Shown here piece after piece: positions 45,229 through 55,018 of a stretch of DNA of 64,000 nt. Every line of letters starts with the position of its first letter. Position 1 is the first letter of the stretch. Below the pieces are notes generated by a model. The model did no database searches. It was not told the DNA's origin and saw only the letters and a list, made by a program, of their open reading frames with translations. The stretch lies in contig JBIOWC010000196.1 of assembly GCA_044868105.1 (NCBI GenBank), forward strand, positions 198 through 64,197, read 5' to 3'. The DNA is from Blastocatellia bacterium (GTDB lineage: Bacteria; Acidobacteriota; Blastocatellia; UBA7656). The position numbers and the translations under genes are program-made.

Positions 45229-48200
45229 TCAAAAAACAATCTTCGCTCCGATTTGTACATTGCGCGGCAGGTTGTTCTGGCTCGTCACCTTGCCGAAGTT
45301 TGAACTCGTCGGGTCGGTATTGGGGTCGCCGAACTGCGGGTGATTGAAGGCATTGAGGAATTCGCCGCGCAGTTGAAATTTCACCTTTTCGGTTATCGAA
45401 AAGTTCTTGATAACCGAAAGGTCCCACAGATTGAGCGGTTGACGACGGAAGCCGGTCAGGCGCGACGGGAAGACGCGCACATTATTGACCAGTCTGATGC
45501 GTTGGTCGGCGCGCTGTTTCGCAGGGTCTACGACCCCATTGGTCTGCACCGCCGCATCGCTGAAATAGAACCCGCTGGTATCAAAGGTTCCCTCTACGGT
45601 GTTGCCGGTGATGTCGGCGCGCAGCTTACTGGGGTCGCCATTGAAATAGACATTGCGGTCGCTGAGGTCAATGGGGCGACCGCTCTGCCATTGATAAATG
45701 CCTTGCACCTGCCAGCCGCCGATGAAGGCATCAACCAGGCCGTTCCAATCGGCGCCCAACTTGCGCCCCCGGCCAAACGGCAATTCCCAGATGCCGCTCA
45801 CCACGACGCGATGCGGAATGTCATCCGAGCCGATGCGCCGCTCGTACGTCGTATCCGACTCGTTCAGGAAGGTCACCTCTTCAATCACCTTCGACCAGGT
45901 GTAGTTTCCAAGCAACGTAAAGCCACCGGTGAAGCGCCGTTCGATGCGAAATTGCGCGCCGTGATAGATGGCCGTGCCATCGTCACGCCGCGTCCGTATG
46001 CGACCGAACTGCGGGAAGGGGCGCAGCAGTTGTTGCCGTTGGATGGTTGAGCCGTTGAAGTTGGTGCCTGGCAGTAACCCTTGGAAGGGGTTTTTGACGT
46101 TGGCGGTCAGGGCGTTATTGGTCGCATCATCGCGCACCGAACTGGTTGACAGATATTGGCGCGGGATGGCGTTTGTCACGATGTTGTCATTCGAGGCATT
46201 GCCGGTCGTGATGGCGTAAGCGCGGTTGCCGATATAGGCCGCCTCGACCAGCCATTCGCCCGGCAGTTCACGTTGAAGGCTCAATTCCCAGCGCGCCGTC
46301 TGCGCGTTATCTCTATCGGTCGGGTAAAAGTCAAGGTCCCGGCCGAGAAAGGTCGCCAGCCCCAGGGTCGCGCCCGGCGGCTCGGCAACGCCCGTCGGGA
46401 AGGGGTTGAAGAGATTGCCGCAGCTCGCGCAAGCCGGCGCAAACGTCAGCCCGGCATTCAAGGTCGGCACAATGTTGGTCGCTTGCGAGAAACCCGTCTG
46501 CATGACGCCGTCAATGACGAAAGGCGCCGTGTAGATGCCGAAGCCGCCGCGCGCGACCGTCTTATCATTTACCTGATAAGCAAAACCGACGCGCGGTTGG
46601 AAATTGTTCTTGTCGGCCACCCAGAACCCCCGATTGCGTTTGTCGGCAAAAAGCAAGCCGCCTTTCACACTGAAACCGCTCACCGGAATTTCGGGAATCG
46701 GGTTTGCCGCGTAGGCAGCTTTTGCCGCCGTTTCTATGGGGCTGCTGGCGGTTTCATCAAAACCGCGAAGGTTGCGGTCGAATCGTTCTGTGGTCGCGCC
46801 TTCGACCTCATAGCGCAGACCGAGATTCAAGGTCAGTTTGCGACTGACCTTCCAATCATCGTGAAAGAAGAGGCCGCTATAGAGGGTTTGATTCGAGCGC
46901 GCCGCGTTGCGGTCAATAAATCCGCCGGTCGGCAGTCCCAGTAAGAAGGAGGCGAATTCCTGACCGATGGCCGCAGCAGTTGAGTTATCGAGCGGGCCGC
47001 GCGTGAAGTTGGTGCTGAAGTCGTAGCGTCCGGCCGCGTGAGCCGCGGGACTGCTGTTTTCCCTGTAGGAGCGGAAATCGTAGCCCATCTTGAACGAGTG
47101 GCTGGCGACAATTTTAGTCAGCGTCGGTTGCACCGAGTAGATATTGTGCGTGCGGATGTCGCCGCGACTGTCGCCGATGTTGGAAAAGCTGCCCGCAGGA
47201 AATTCAAAACGCGGCAGATATTTTCCGGTGCCGAAAAAGCCTACCGATTGCGGCGAGAAACCGAGACTCGCAGGCTCGAAGGTGCCTTCGTGCTGACGGA
47301 CGTTGGTTTCGAGAAACCGCGAAAAGCCGAGGCGAAAATCTAAAATCATGGTCGGCGAAAAGGTGTACACGTGGTCGTAGCTGAAGCCATCGTTTTTACG
47401 CGTCAGGAAATTGCCCGTCGATAGCAGGCCATTGACCTCGCCCGACCAGTTGCTGCGCGCCTCTAAGCGATTGTTATGCGTATAGCGGAAATAAAATTTC
47501 TGTTTGTCGCTGACCGTCTGGTCAAAGCGATAACTTTCGGAATGGAAGCGGTCGGTGCGCGGTTGTCCGCTGATGAAATTGTTGCGCCCCTGTGAATCGC
47601 CCGGCTGGTTGGGCAACGGGTAATATTTCAGATAAGCCAGGGCAATCGGGCTCAGCAGGTTTTGCGGAATCTTATTGCCGGGGAAAGGGTCGCGGCGTAT
47701 GCGTGAGCCTTCTGCCCGGGCGGTGAACGGGTTATAAATCTGGAAACTGGCGTTAACGGCGAGCAGCGCCGACAGGTCGCCGTTGCGCTCGGCTTCGGTC
47801 GGAACCGTAAACAGCGCCGGCTCCGGGAAGACATCTTTCAGGCGCTCATAGGCAAAGAAGAAGAAACTGCGGTCGCGCCCGTTATAGATTTTCGGAATAT
47901 AGATGGGACCGCCGAGGGTCGCGCCGTAGCGGTTGTAACGCAGCGGGTCGCGGTCGGCTTTGCCATCCTTGTCCTTGTCGCGCGCCGGGTTGGCCGCCAG
48001 ATTGGTGCGATTGATAAAGAAGTCATTGGCCGAGAGCACATCATTGCGGACAAATTCATAGACCGTGCCGTGCAGACTGTTGGTGCCGCTGCGCAAGGCG
48101 ACATTGACGGCCGCGCCCGCCCCGTGTCCTTGCTGGGCATCGAAACTCGCGGTCTCGACTTTGAACTCCTGCACGGCGTCGGCCGGCGGAATAAAGGCAA

Positions 48201-48852
48201 CGCGATTGCCGCCGCTGCCGTTATCGTCGGTGTTGGGCACGCCGTCGAGCGTGAATTCGTGACCGCCGACTCGCGGCACCCCGTCCGAAATGAAATCCGA
48301 ACTCCCGTTATTATCGAAGGGTCGCGAAAATTTGAGGTCGCCAACGTAGCCGATGCCCGGCGCCAGCCTGGTCAGCGTGAACGGGTTGCCGTCCGAAAGC
48401 GGCAATTCCGAGATGCGCCGCCGGTCAATGACCTGCCCTGCTGATGCCGAGCTGGATTCGAGAAGCGGCGCCGACGCGACGACGCTGACGGTCTGCTCGA
48501 CGCCGCCCACTTCAAGCGCCAGGTCGAGGGTTAATTTATCGCCGACGCGCACCTCGATGCCCTGGTTGACGAATTTCTTAAATCCTTGCGCCTCGACCGT
48601 CACCGAATACTTGCCCGGCACCAGATAAAATACCGAATAGTTGCCGTCCCCGTCCGAGTTGACCGCGGTCGAGGTATTCATGTTGATATTGGTAATCGTG
48701 ATGCGCGCGCCGGCCACAACGGCGCCGGTGGCATCGCTGACGCGCCCGGTAATTGAGCCGCGCGATTCCTGAGCGGCAACGGTCGCGAGCAGTAGTTGCG
48801 AACCGAGCGCGACCGCAAGCAAGCAGCTAATGGTTTGATGTCTCCTTTTCAT
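45229..48852 (-). CDS. TonB-dependent outer-membrane receptor with an N-terminal carboxypeptidase-regulatory-like (CarbopepD_reg) domain
   Basis: Signal peptide, then GSITGRVSDATGAVVAGARITITN...GDGNYSVFYLVPGKYSVTVEAQGFK (the CarbopepD_reg fold). A plug domain and a long beta-barrel follow, ending in a C-terminal aromatic residue (..IGAKIVF). 1207 aa. Confidence 0.9.
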   Translation of the reverse strand: MKRRHQTISCLLAVALGSQLLLATVAAQESRGSITGRVSDATGAVVAGARITITNINMNTSTAVNSDGDGNYSVFYLVPGKYSVTVEAQGFKKFVNQGIEVRVGDKLTLDLALEVGGVEQTVSVVASAPLLESSSASAGQVIDRRRISELPLSDGNPFTLTRLAPGIGYVGDLKFSRPFDNNGSSDFISDGVPRVGGHEFTLDGVPNTDDNGSGGNRVAFIPPADAVQEFKVETASFDAQQGHGAGAAVNVALRSGTNSLHGTVYEFVRNDVLSANDFFINRTNLAANPARDKDKDGKADRDPLRYNRYGATLGGPIYIPKIYNGRDRSFFFFAYERLKDVFPEPALFTVPTEAERNGDLSALLAVNASFQIYNPFTARAEGSRIRRDPFPGNKIPQNLLSPIALAYLKYYPLPNQPGDSQGRNNFISGQPRTDRFHSESYRFDQTVSDKQKFYFRYTHNNRLEARSNWSGEVNGLLSTGNFLTRKNDGFSYDHVYTFSPTMILDFRLGFSRFLETNVRQHEGTFEPASLGFSPQSVGFFGTGKYLPRFEFPAGSFSNIGDSRGDIRTHNIYSVQPTLTKIVASHSFKMGYDFRSYRENSSPAAHAAGRYDFSTNFTRGPLDNSTAAAIGQEFASFLLGLPTGGFIDRNAARSNQTLYSGLFFHDDWKVSRKLTLNLGLRYEVEGATTERFDRNLRGFDETASSPIETAAKAAYAANPIPEIPVSGFSVKGGLLFADKRNRGFWVADKNNFQPRVGFAYQVNDKTVARGGFGIYTAPFVIDGVMQTGFSQATNIVPTLNAGLTFAPACASCGNLFNPFPTGVAEPPGATLGLATFLGRDLDFYPTDRDNAQTARWELSLQRELPGEWLVEAAYIGNRAYAITTGNASNDNIVTNAIPRQYLSTSSVRDDATNNALTANVKNPFQGLLPGTNFNGSTIQRQQLLRPFPQFGRIRTRRDDGTAIYHGAQFRIERRFTGGFTLLGNYTWSKVIEEVTFLNESDTTYERRIGSDDIPHRVVVSGIWELPFGRGRKLGADWNGLVDAFIGGWQVQGIYQWQSGRPIDLSDRNVYFNGDPSKLRADITGNTVEGTFDTSGFYFSDAAVQTNGVVDPAKQRADQRIRLVNNVRVFPSRLTGFRRQPLNLWDLSVIKNFSITEKVKFQLRGEFLNAFNHPQFGDPNTDPTSSNFGKVTSQNNLPRNVQIGAKIVF

Positions 48853-48975
48853 AGATTGCCTCCCTGGGTGAACGGAGTTCGGGCTGCGCCACCCGAACTT
48901 CTCCTCCGGATGTACTGCATAATGGTTCGGCGCGACGCTTCGCCTATACCTGCTGCGTCGCCCGTTTTTCCGAGC

Positions 48976-49920
48976 CTATTCAATCCTTGTTTGGTTTCGT
49001 TCGCTGAGCGCGCGGGCAACCGGCGCGAGGCGCTCCTGTTGCCCGACGGATAAATCTGAAAGATAAGGCGGAACCGCGCCGGTCCGGGCTATCCCTGCGC
49101 CTTCGGTTGCAAAATGTAGGACCTTCGCCGGACTCCAGGCGTCGCGCAAATCTTCAAGCGGTAGAAAGTGAGCGCGCAAGATTTCGGCTTGCTCGAAATC
49201 CCCCGCCGCACAAGCCTCAAATAACGCCTGACTGAGTCGCGGCCCAAGGCAGCCCGAACCGGTGGTGAAACCGGCCAACTGCCAGTCGCGCAGATGCACG
49301 ACCGCCGGGCGTTCGCCAATGCCGCTCAGAATAAATCGCCGGTCAACCCGTCTCAGCAAAGCTTCAAGATAAGCATCGCGTCGCGGGTCGTGGCGCACTA
49401 CCGCATACTTGATGGCCGCGCATACTCCGTCTTCAACCAGCCGCGCGACCATATCAAGGCCCGCTTCTTTATCCGTGCCGAGGTTGTTTTCCTCTTTCAG
49501 ATAAACCATCAGTTGGGTCTTAGCGGCTGCGGCAAATTCTCGGTAACCCAGCTCCAGGCCTGCTATGTCGCGCGGGTCGTTGCACGGCAGCACCATCACG
49601 CAAGGAAATGCATAGCGGCCAATCATGGGCGCTTGATCCATCAGCCGCCCGTAAGCCGGTCCCGCACTCGGAATGGCCCATAACTCATCGTTGAATTTGC
49701 TGAGCCAGTCGAGGAGCTGCTCGTACTCGGCAAGCGTCAGGTGATACAAAAACGCATTGCCGCCGTAAATGAATCGGGTAATGCCGCCTGCGGCAATGTG
49801 ACGGACAAGCAAATCGTTCTGCTCGAAAGCAAGCGAGCGGCGCGCGCCCTGGGCTCGCGCCAGGGGTGGCACGGCAAACACGCCGCGTAAATCTTCTGCT
49901 TGTACAGGTGTGGTTTTCAT
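48976..49920 (-). CDS. DapA-family (dihydrodipicolinate synthase-like) class I aldolase
   Basis: LRGVFAVPPLAR...LLVRHIAAGGITRFIYGGNAFLY parallels the DapA-family N-terminal barrel. 314 aa. Confidence 0.5.
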   Translation of the reverse strand: MKTTPVQAEDLRGVFAVPPLARAQGARRSLAFEQNDLLVRHIAAGGITRFIYGGNAFLYHLTLAEYEQLLDWLSKFNDELWAIPSAGPAYGRLMDQAPMIGRYAFPCVMVLPCNDPRDIAGLELGYREFAAAAKTQLMVYLKEENNLGTDKEAGLDMVARLVEDGVCAAIKYAVVRHDPRRDAYLEALLRRVDRRFILSGIGERPAVVHLRDWQLAGFTTGSGCLGPRLSQALFEACAAGDFEQAEILRAHFLPLEDLRDAWSPAKVLHFATEGAGIARTGAVPPYLSDLSVGQQERLAPVARALSERNQTRIE

Positions 49921-49933
49921 CTAGCGCCTCTTC

Positions 49934-52357
49934 TCATCGGAATAAAATTTGATACGGCTTTCCGGCCCTCAGCTTCAACCGCAGCGCGCCATCCGTCAGC
50001 TTAGATACCGGAAGACTTTTGCCGTCTTCTAAGACGCGTTCAATCTGTTGACCAGGTGGTGGGCGGAGTTTCTGCTCAAGGCTTACCTGAGGGCGCAACC
50101 TGGCAGTCGTCGCTTTGCCCGCTGCCCACTGCAAATCAACTTCAATTGCCCCGCGCGCCCGCAGTCCGTTGATTGACCCTGCGGCCCAGGCCGTCGGTAG
50201 CGCCGGAAGCAATTGCAGTTCTCCCGCCTGGCTTTGCACGAGCATCTCAGCCATACCGGCGGCGCCGCCGAAATTCCCGTCAATCTGAAAGGGCGGGTGA
50301 TTATCCAGCAGATTCGCAAGCGTTGATTTGGCGAGCAGCGCCACCAGGTTTTCATGCGCTAAATTCCCTTCTTCCAGTCGCGCCCAGAAATTAATTATCC
50401 AGGCCCGGCTCCACCCCGTGTGCCCGCTTCCGGCTTGCAGGCGGCGTTCCAGCGATAGGCGCGCGGCGTGTGCCAGTTCCGGCGTGCCGCGCAAGGTAAT
50501 TTGATTGCCCGGGTGCAGCGCGAACAGGTGCGAGATGTGGCGATGTCCGGGGTCGGCTTCGTCATAATCTTCAAGCCATTCCTGCAACTGCCCGTGTTTG
50601 CCGATGCGCAGCGGCGCCAGGCGCTCTAAAGCCGTGGTCGCGCGCGCCCTGAACGCTTCATCAATACGGAGCAGGCGGCTCGCTTCGACGACGCGGCTCA
50701 AGAGCGCCTGCGCAATCTCCGTATCCATCGTCGGTCCCATACACAATTTGACCGCCGCGCCATCCGGCGCCAGATAGCGATTTTCAGGCGAAAGCGACGG
50801 ACCGGTTATTAAATGTCCCTGGCTATCGGTGACCAGGTAATCGAGCAAAAATTCGGCGGCCTCTTTCATTACCGGGTAAGCCCGGCGCGCCAGAAATTCG
50901 CGGTTGCGCGTGAAATCATAATGCTCCCATAAATGTAAACTGAGCCAGGCCCCGCCCATCGGCCAAAGCCCTGCGTGAACGCCATCAATCGGCACGGCGT
51001 GCCCCCACAAATCCGTGTTGTGATGGATGACGAAGCCGCGCGCCCGGTAAAGATTTTTAGCAACCCGTCGCCCATCTTCGCGGGCCTGGTCGAGCAGATC
51101 GAATAACGGCGTGTGGAGCTCTGAAAGGTTGCCAACTTCGGCAAGCCAGTAGTTCATCTCGGTGTTGATATTGATGGTGTACTTGCTGTCCCAAGAGGGA
51201 CTGAGTTGCGCGTTCCACTTGCCTTGCAGATTTGCCGCCATGGCCCCCGGACGACTGCTTGAGATGAGCAGGTAACGCGCGAACTGAAAATATAGCGTTT
51301 CAAGCCCCAGGTCGCTTGCGCCCTCGGCGACCCGGCGCAATCGTTCGTCGGTCGGAAGCTCCAGGTTGGGCGCCGCAAGATGAAAGGTAAGGCGACGAAA
51401 GAGACGCTGATAATCGGCAACATGAGCGGCGCGCAGTTGGGCGTAAGGCTTGCGCGCGGCGGCAAGGTAGGCGTCACATTTTTCGGCCGGCCGCGCTGAG
51501 CGAAAATTGGTCGCCGCCGCAAAGATGAGCGTCGCCGCATCGGCGGTTTCGACTTTCACTTCGCTGCCCGTAACAGAGAGTCGCCCCCCTTCGGGAATCA
51601 CTTTGACTACACCTTGAAATTTGACGCCGACCTTGCGCTCAAGCTCGTGGCGTTCACCGCGCGCAATCGCTTCACCGCGAATTACCAAGCGGTCAGGCTT
51701 TGCCGTATCGGTCTGACTATCTTGTTCGCGGGTGAGCGTGGTCGAAAAACTGAGGCCGCCCGGCCGGTCACAGGTCAGGCGCATGACGATGACTTGATCA
51801 ACCGCCGAGGCAAAAACTTCGCGGCTAAATTGCGCTTCTTTGCAGCGGTAGGTTAGGCGTGCGATGCCGGTGTCGAGGTCTAACTGGCGAAGATAATCGC
51901 GCGCCTCTTCCTGACCCTGGAAACGCAGGAGCCAATCGCCGAGCGGTTGATACGGCGGCAGGCGCTTGGGAATCGCAATGAGAGTTCGCTCAGCGAGCGC
52001 CTCGGCCTCTTGCGGTTTGCCCGCAAAGAGCAGCCGCCGCACTTCGGCAAGCTGAGCTGCGCCTTCGGGGTTCAGGCGGTCACGTTTTTCTCCCGCCCAG
52101 ATGGTCTCTTCGTTCAATTGCAGGCGCTCGTTTTGAAGGCCCCCGAAGACCATCGCCGCCAGTCGCCCGTTGCCAATCGGCAGCGCCTCATTCCAGTTGG
52201 CGGCCGGCTGGCGATACCACAATCGCAGGGGTTGAGGAGTGGCCGTCAAGGCCGTAGTCGCGGTTGTCAATAGATGCCAAAGAAAAACGCCGGTAAATAA
52301 ACGCGGCAGAAAATTTTGGTTAAGGAGCGTCATCAAGGGCAGCGATTTTTTTCTCAT
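49934..52357 (-). CDS. Glycoside hydrolase family 95 (alpha-L-fucosidase / alpha-1,2-fucosidase-like)
   Basis: The N-terminal signature [30 protein letters not shown] is characteristic of GH95. 807 aa with a signal peptide. Confidence 0.8.
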   Translation of the reverse strand: MRKKSLPLMTLLNQNFLPRLFTGVFLWHLLTTATTALTATPQPLRLWYRQPAANWNEALPIGNGRLAAMVFGGLQNERLQLNEETIWAGEKRDRLNPEGAAQLAEVRRLLFAGKPQEAEALAERTLIAIPKRLPPYQPLGDWLLRFQGQEEARDYLRQLDLDTGIARLTYRCKEAQFSREVFASAVDQVIVMRLTCDRPGGLSFSTTLTREQDSQTDTAKPDRLVIRGEAIARGERHELERKVGVKFQGVVKVIPEGGRLSVTGSEVKVETADAATLIFAAATNFRSARPAEKCDAYLAAARKPYAQLRAAHVADYQRLFRRLTFHLAAPNLELPTDERLRRVAEGASDLGLETLYFQFARYLLISSSRPGAMAANLQGKWNAQLSPSWDSKYTININTEMNYWLAEVGNLSELHTPLFDLLDQAREDGRRVAKNLYRARGFVIHHNTDLWGHAVPIDGVHAGLWPMGGAWLSLHLWEHYDFTRNREFLARRAYPVMKEAAEFLLDYLVTDSQGHLITGPSLSPENRYLAPDGAAVKLCMGPTMDTEIAQALLSRVVEASRLLRIDEAFRARATTALERLAPLRIGKHGQLQEWLEDYDEADPGHRHISHLFALHPGNQITLRGTPELAHAARLSLERRLQAGSGHTGWSRAWIINFWARLEEGNLAHENLVALLAKSTLANLLDNHPPFQIDGNFGGAAGMAEMLVQSQAGELQLLPALPTAWAAGSINGLRARGAIEVDLQWAAGKATTARLRPQVSLEQKLRPPPGQQIERVLEDGKSLPVSKLTDGALRLKLRAGKPYQILFR

Positions 52358-52624
52358 GAAGGCGTCTCCCTGGGATTAGTCGAGGAGTAGAATTCGCCGC
52401 TATGCGGCGCTTGAATTTAGCCTGGTCTTTCAAGGCTGGGAACGCTGCATCGTTCAACAGGTTTCGTTGCTGACCCGACGCCACAATCTATCAATCAACG
52501 CGCAACCGGGCCTTAAAAGACCCAGCTCACTTCGTTTTGCGGCTCGTTGTATGTTGGTCCGCCGGCGGTTGATGCAAAAGCTTTGCTCCTTCCAGTCCTT
52601 TCAACTTAACGGCCGCTTGATGAT

Positions 52625-53896
52625 TCAGAATTTAATCACTTGTCCTGCTTCGATGGCTTGATTGGCAAGCAGCACAGACCGGGCGGCATTGTAACCGACC
52701 TGGAAATTCACTTCGGCCTGCTTACCCGAACGGATGCAGGAAACGAAAGACTCTAATTCCCGATAGACCGCGCTCGCCCGTTGTCGGTTTGGGGTCTCGA
52801 CTTGCGTCCCTGCTTGCTGACTCGGTTGTGAAGCTTTCATGGTTTCGCCGGTCGCGGTGATGACGGTCGCGCCATCGGCTTTAACGAGTTCGGGGGATTC
52901 TTTCTCGCGAAAATAGAGCGCTTGATTCCACCCCATTTCAATGGTGCCTTCGGTGCCCATAATAACCATCTTCTCGCCGTCATGCGCATTGGTTGTCGTC
53001 GAAGTAAACATCGCTTTTTGACCGGCGGGATAGCTGTAGACGACTGTCACATTATCGTAAGTTTCGCGCCCGTCTTTCCAGTAATCTATGCCCCCGAGGC
53101 CGGTCACCGAAGCCGGCGTTGAATCATAAATCAGGTTGACGATTTCAATCATATGGGCGCCGAGTTCGGCCATCAGTCCCTGCGAATAGCGTTTGTACAT
53201 GCGCCAGTTGATTAAGTGTTCAAGGTCCTCGTAGCCCCAGGGGCGCGGGTCGAAATCGCTTTTCGGAACCGGTCGCCGCCAGTTGCCATTGCGATGCCAG
53301 TGGCAGCGAATGTGTGTGACCTTGCCGAGCGCTCCGTCTCGCGACATCGCCAGGACTTTATGAATCACCGGGTCAAAGCGGTGCTGATGGCCGACCTGCG
53401 CGACCAGCTTGGATTGCGCGCGCGCGGCTTTGAGCATCTGTTCGCCTTGCGCAACTGAATAAGCCATGGTCTTTTCAACAAAGACATGTTTACCGGCGCT
53501 GAGCGCGGCGAGGGCGATCTCAGCATGCAGATGAAGCGGCGTGGCAATGACGACTGCATCCACATCTTTGCTGGCGATGAGCTTGCGATAATCGTTAAAG
53601 GTTTTCGGCGCGCCGCCCGCAAGCCCAACGGCTTTTTTCAAATTCGGTTCAAAGATGTCGCAGATTGCCGTGATGCGCGCATTCGTTACGGTTGCCAGAT
53701 TCCGTGTGAGTCCACTGCCCTGACCGCCGACGCCGATAAGGCCCACTTGAACCTGCTCGTTGGCGCTCGGCGCGGCCACCAAAACCTTTTCGCTTGCGGC
53801 GGTGAGCATCAACCCGGCCGCGCCGAGGGTTGTGGTCTCCAGAAAATTGCGTCTTGAGAACTTCTCTTGGTTTTTTGACATAACGGCTTCCTTCAA
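52625..53896 (-). CDS. Tat-exported Gfo/Idh/MocA-family oxidoreductase (periplasmic sugar dehydrogenase-like)
   Basis: Tat motif SRRNFLETTTLGAAGL, then Rossmann VGLIGVGGQG and the Gfo/Idh/MocA N- and C-terminal domains. It overlaps the upstream apbE by 4 bp. Confidence 0.85.
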   Translation of the reverse strand: MKEAVMSKNQEKFSRRNFLETTTLGAAGLMLTAASEKVLVAAPSANEQVQVGLIGVGGQGSGLTRNLATVTNARITAICDIFEPNLKKAVGLAGGAPKTFNDYRKLIASKDVDAVVIATPLHLHAEIALAALSAGKHVFVEKTMAYSVAQGEQMLKAARAQSKLVAQVGHQHRFDPVIHKVLAMSRDGALGKVTHIRCHWHRNGNWRRPVPKSDFDPRPWGYEDLEHLINWRMYKRYSQGLMAELGAHMIEIVNLIYDSTPASVTGLGGIDYWKDGRETYDNVTVVYSYPAGQKAMFTSTTTNAHDGEKMVIMGTEGTIEMGWNQALYFREKESPELVKADGATVITATGETMKASQPSQQAGTQVETPNRQRASAVYRELESFVSCIRSGKQAEVNFQVGYNAARSVLLANQAIEAGQVIKF

Positions 53897-54960
53897 AAAT
53901 TCACTCTTCGAGTGCCCAGGCGGCCATCCGCCTGGCGATAAAAAATCAACGCCCGCGTCGCCTGGCGCGTACTTAAAAAGGCCTGAGCTTTTTCAAGGCC
54001 TAAGACCATCAGGGCTTTTGAGAAGACCTCAGCATCCACGCCGCGCGGCGTGATAAGGGTGGCGCTCAAGAGGCCTTCGACCGGGTAGCCGGTGCGCGGG
54101 TTCATAATGTGACAATAGGTTTTCTCGCCGATTTCAAAAGATTTTTCATGGCAACCGGAGGTCGAGATGGATTGGTCTTTGAGTTCGAGAGTCGCCATCT
54201 GGCGCGAACGATTGGTCGGGTCACTGACCTCGACTTTCCACGCCGCTTGGTCAGGTGGCGTACCGATGGCGCAAATCGAACTGGTGCCTGCGGTGATGAG
54301 GGCTGAGCGCACGCCGCCCTCGCGTAAAATCTCGGCCGCTTTATCTACGGCATAACCTTTCGCAATGCCGCCCAAATCCAGTTCTACGCCTTCACGGTCA
54401 AAGCGAACCGAATGCTTGGCGTCGTTCAGTTTGACATGCTGATAACCGACGCGCGCCATCACAGAGGTTAACTCTTTCGGCTCCGGCACACGCCCCTGGC
54501 CTTTGAAAAACCCCCAGGCTTTCATCAGCGGCCCGACCGTGATGTCGAACGCGCCGTCGGTTGCGCGACTACAGTTCAGAGAGAATTTCAACAAATCGAA
54601 CAACTCTTTTTCGCAAGTGACCTCCCGGTGTGCGGCGTTGCGATTCAAGTAGGTGAGGTCGCTGGTTTCCGAGTAATTACTCATTTGATTATCCAGCCGT
54701 TCAATCTCTTCAAAAGCGGCTTCAGCGGCTTCGGCCAGGCGCGCGCGACTTTCGCCATAGGCGACAATCTCGAAGGTTGTCCACATCAACCGCCGCGACT
54801 GCTCATATCTGACGAGTTGCGCTTGCCGCGCCGCTAACTGAAACGGCAATCCGTTAACCAATAAGCTGATGAATAAAACCGAGACCTTCATCATAGTTTT
54901 TAACGACGCGCTGATTTTTTGCGCCCGAGTAGGTCGCTTGCACACGGCCCGTCTGGCCAC
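53893..54960 (-). CDS. apbE: FAD:protein FMN transferase (ApbE family), probably periplasmic
   Basis: LDLGGIAKGYAVDKAAEIL motif of the ApbE family. An internal alternative start (MMKVSVLFISLLVNG, at 54894) would give a signal peptide. Confidence 0.8.
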   Translation of the reverse strand: MARRAVCKRPTRAQKISASLKTMMKVSVLFISLLVNGLPFQLAARQAQLVRYEQSRRLMWTTFEIVAYGESRARLAEAAEAAFEEIERLDNQMSNYSETSDLTYLNRNAAHREVTCEKELFDLLKFSLNCSRATDGAFDITVGPLMKAWGFFKGQGRVPEPKELTSVMARVGYQHVKLNDAKHSVRFDREGVELDLGGIAKGYAVDKAAEILREGGVRSALITAGTSSICAIGTPPDQAAWKVEVSDPTNRSRQMATLELKDQSISTSGCHEKSFEIGEKTYCHIMNPRTGYPVEGLLSATLITPRGVDAEVFSKALMVLGLEKAQAFLSTRQATRALIFYRQADGRLGTRRVNF

Positions 54961-55018
54961 CCGAAGTAATCCCTCGTCTGTTCAACTGTCGTCTGAATAC
55001 ACCCTGGGCGCGTCATCG

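Noticed and set aside
45340-46944. Plus-strand ORFs of 236 and 262 aa (45340-46050, 46156-46944), with similar ones at 61691-62314 and 62336-62917, inside the two TonB-dependent receptor genes
   Set aside because: They are antisense to long, motif-rich receptor CDSs. They are R/A/G-rich with low complexity, and I read them as GC-driven open-frame artefacts.
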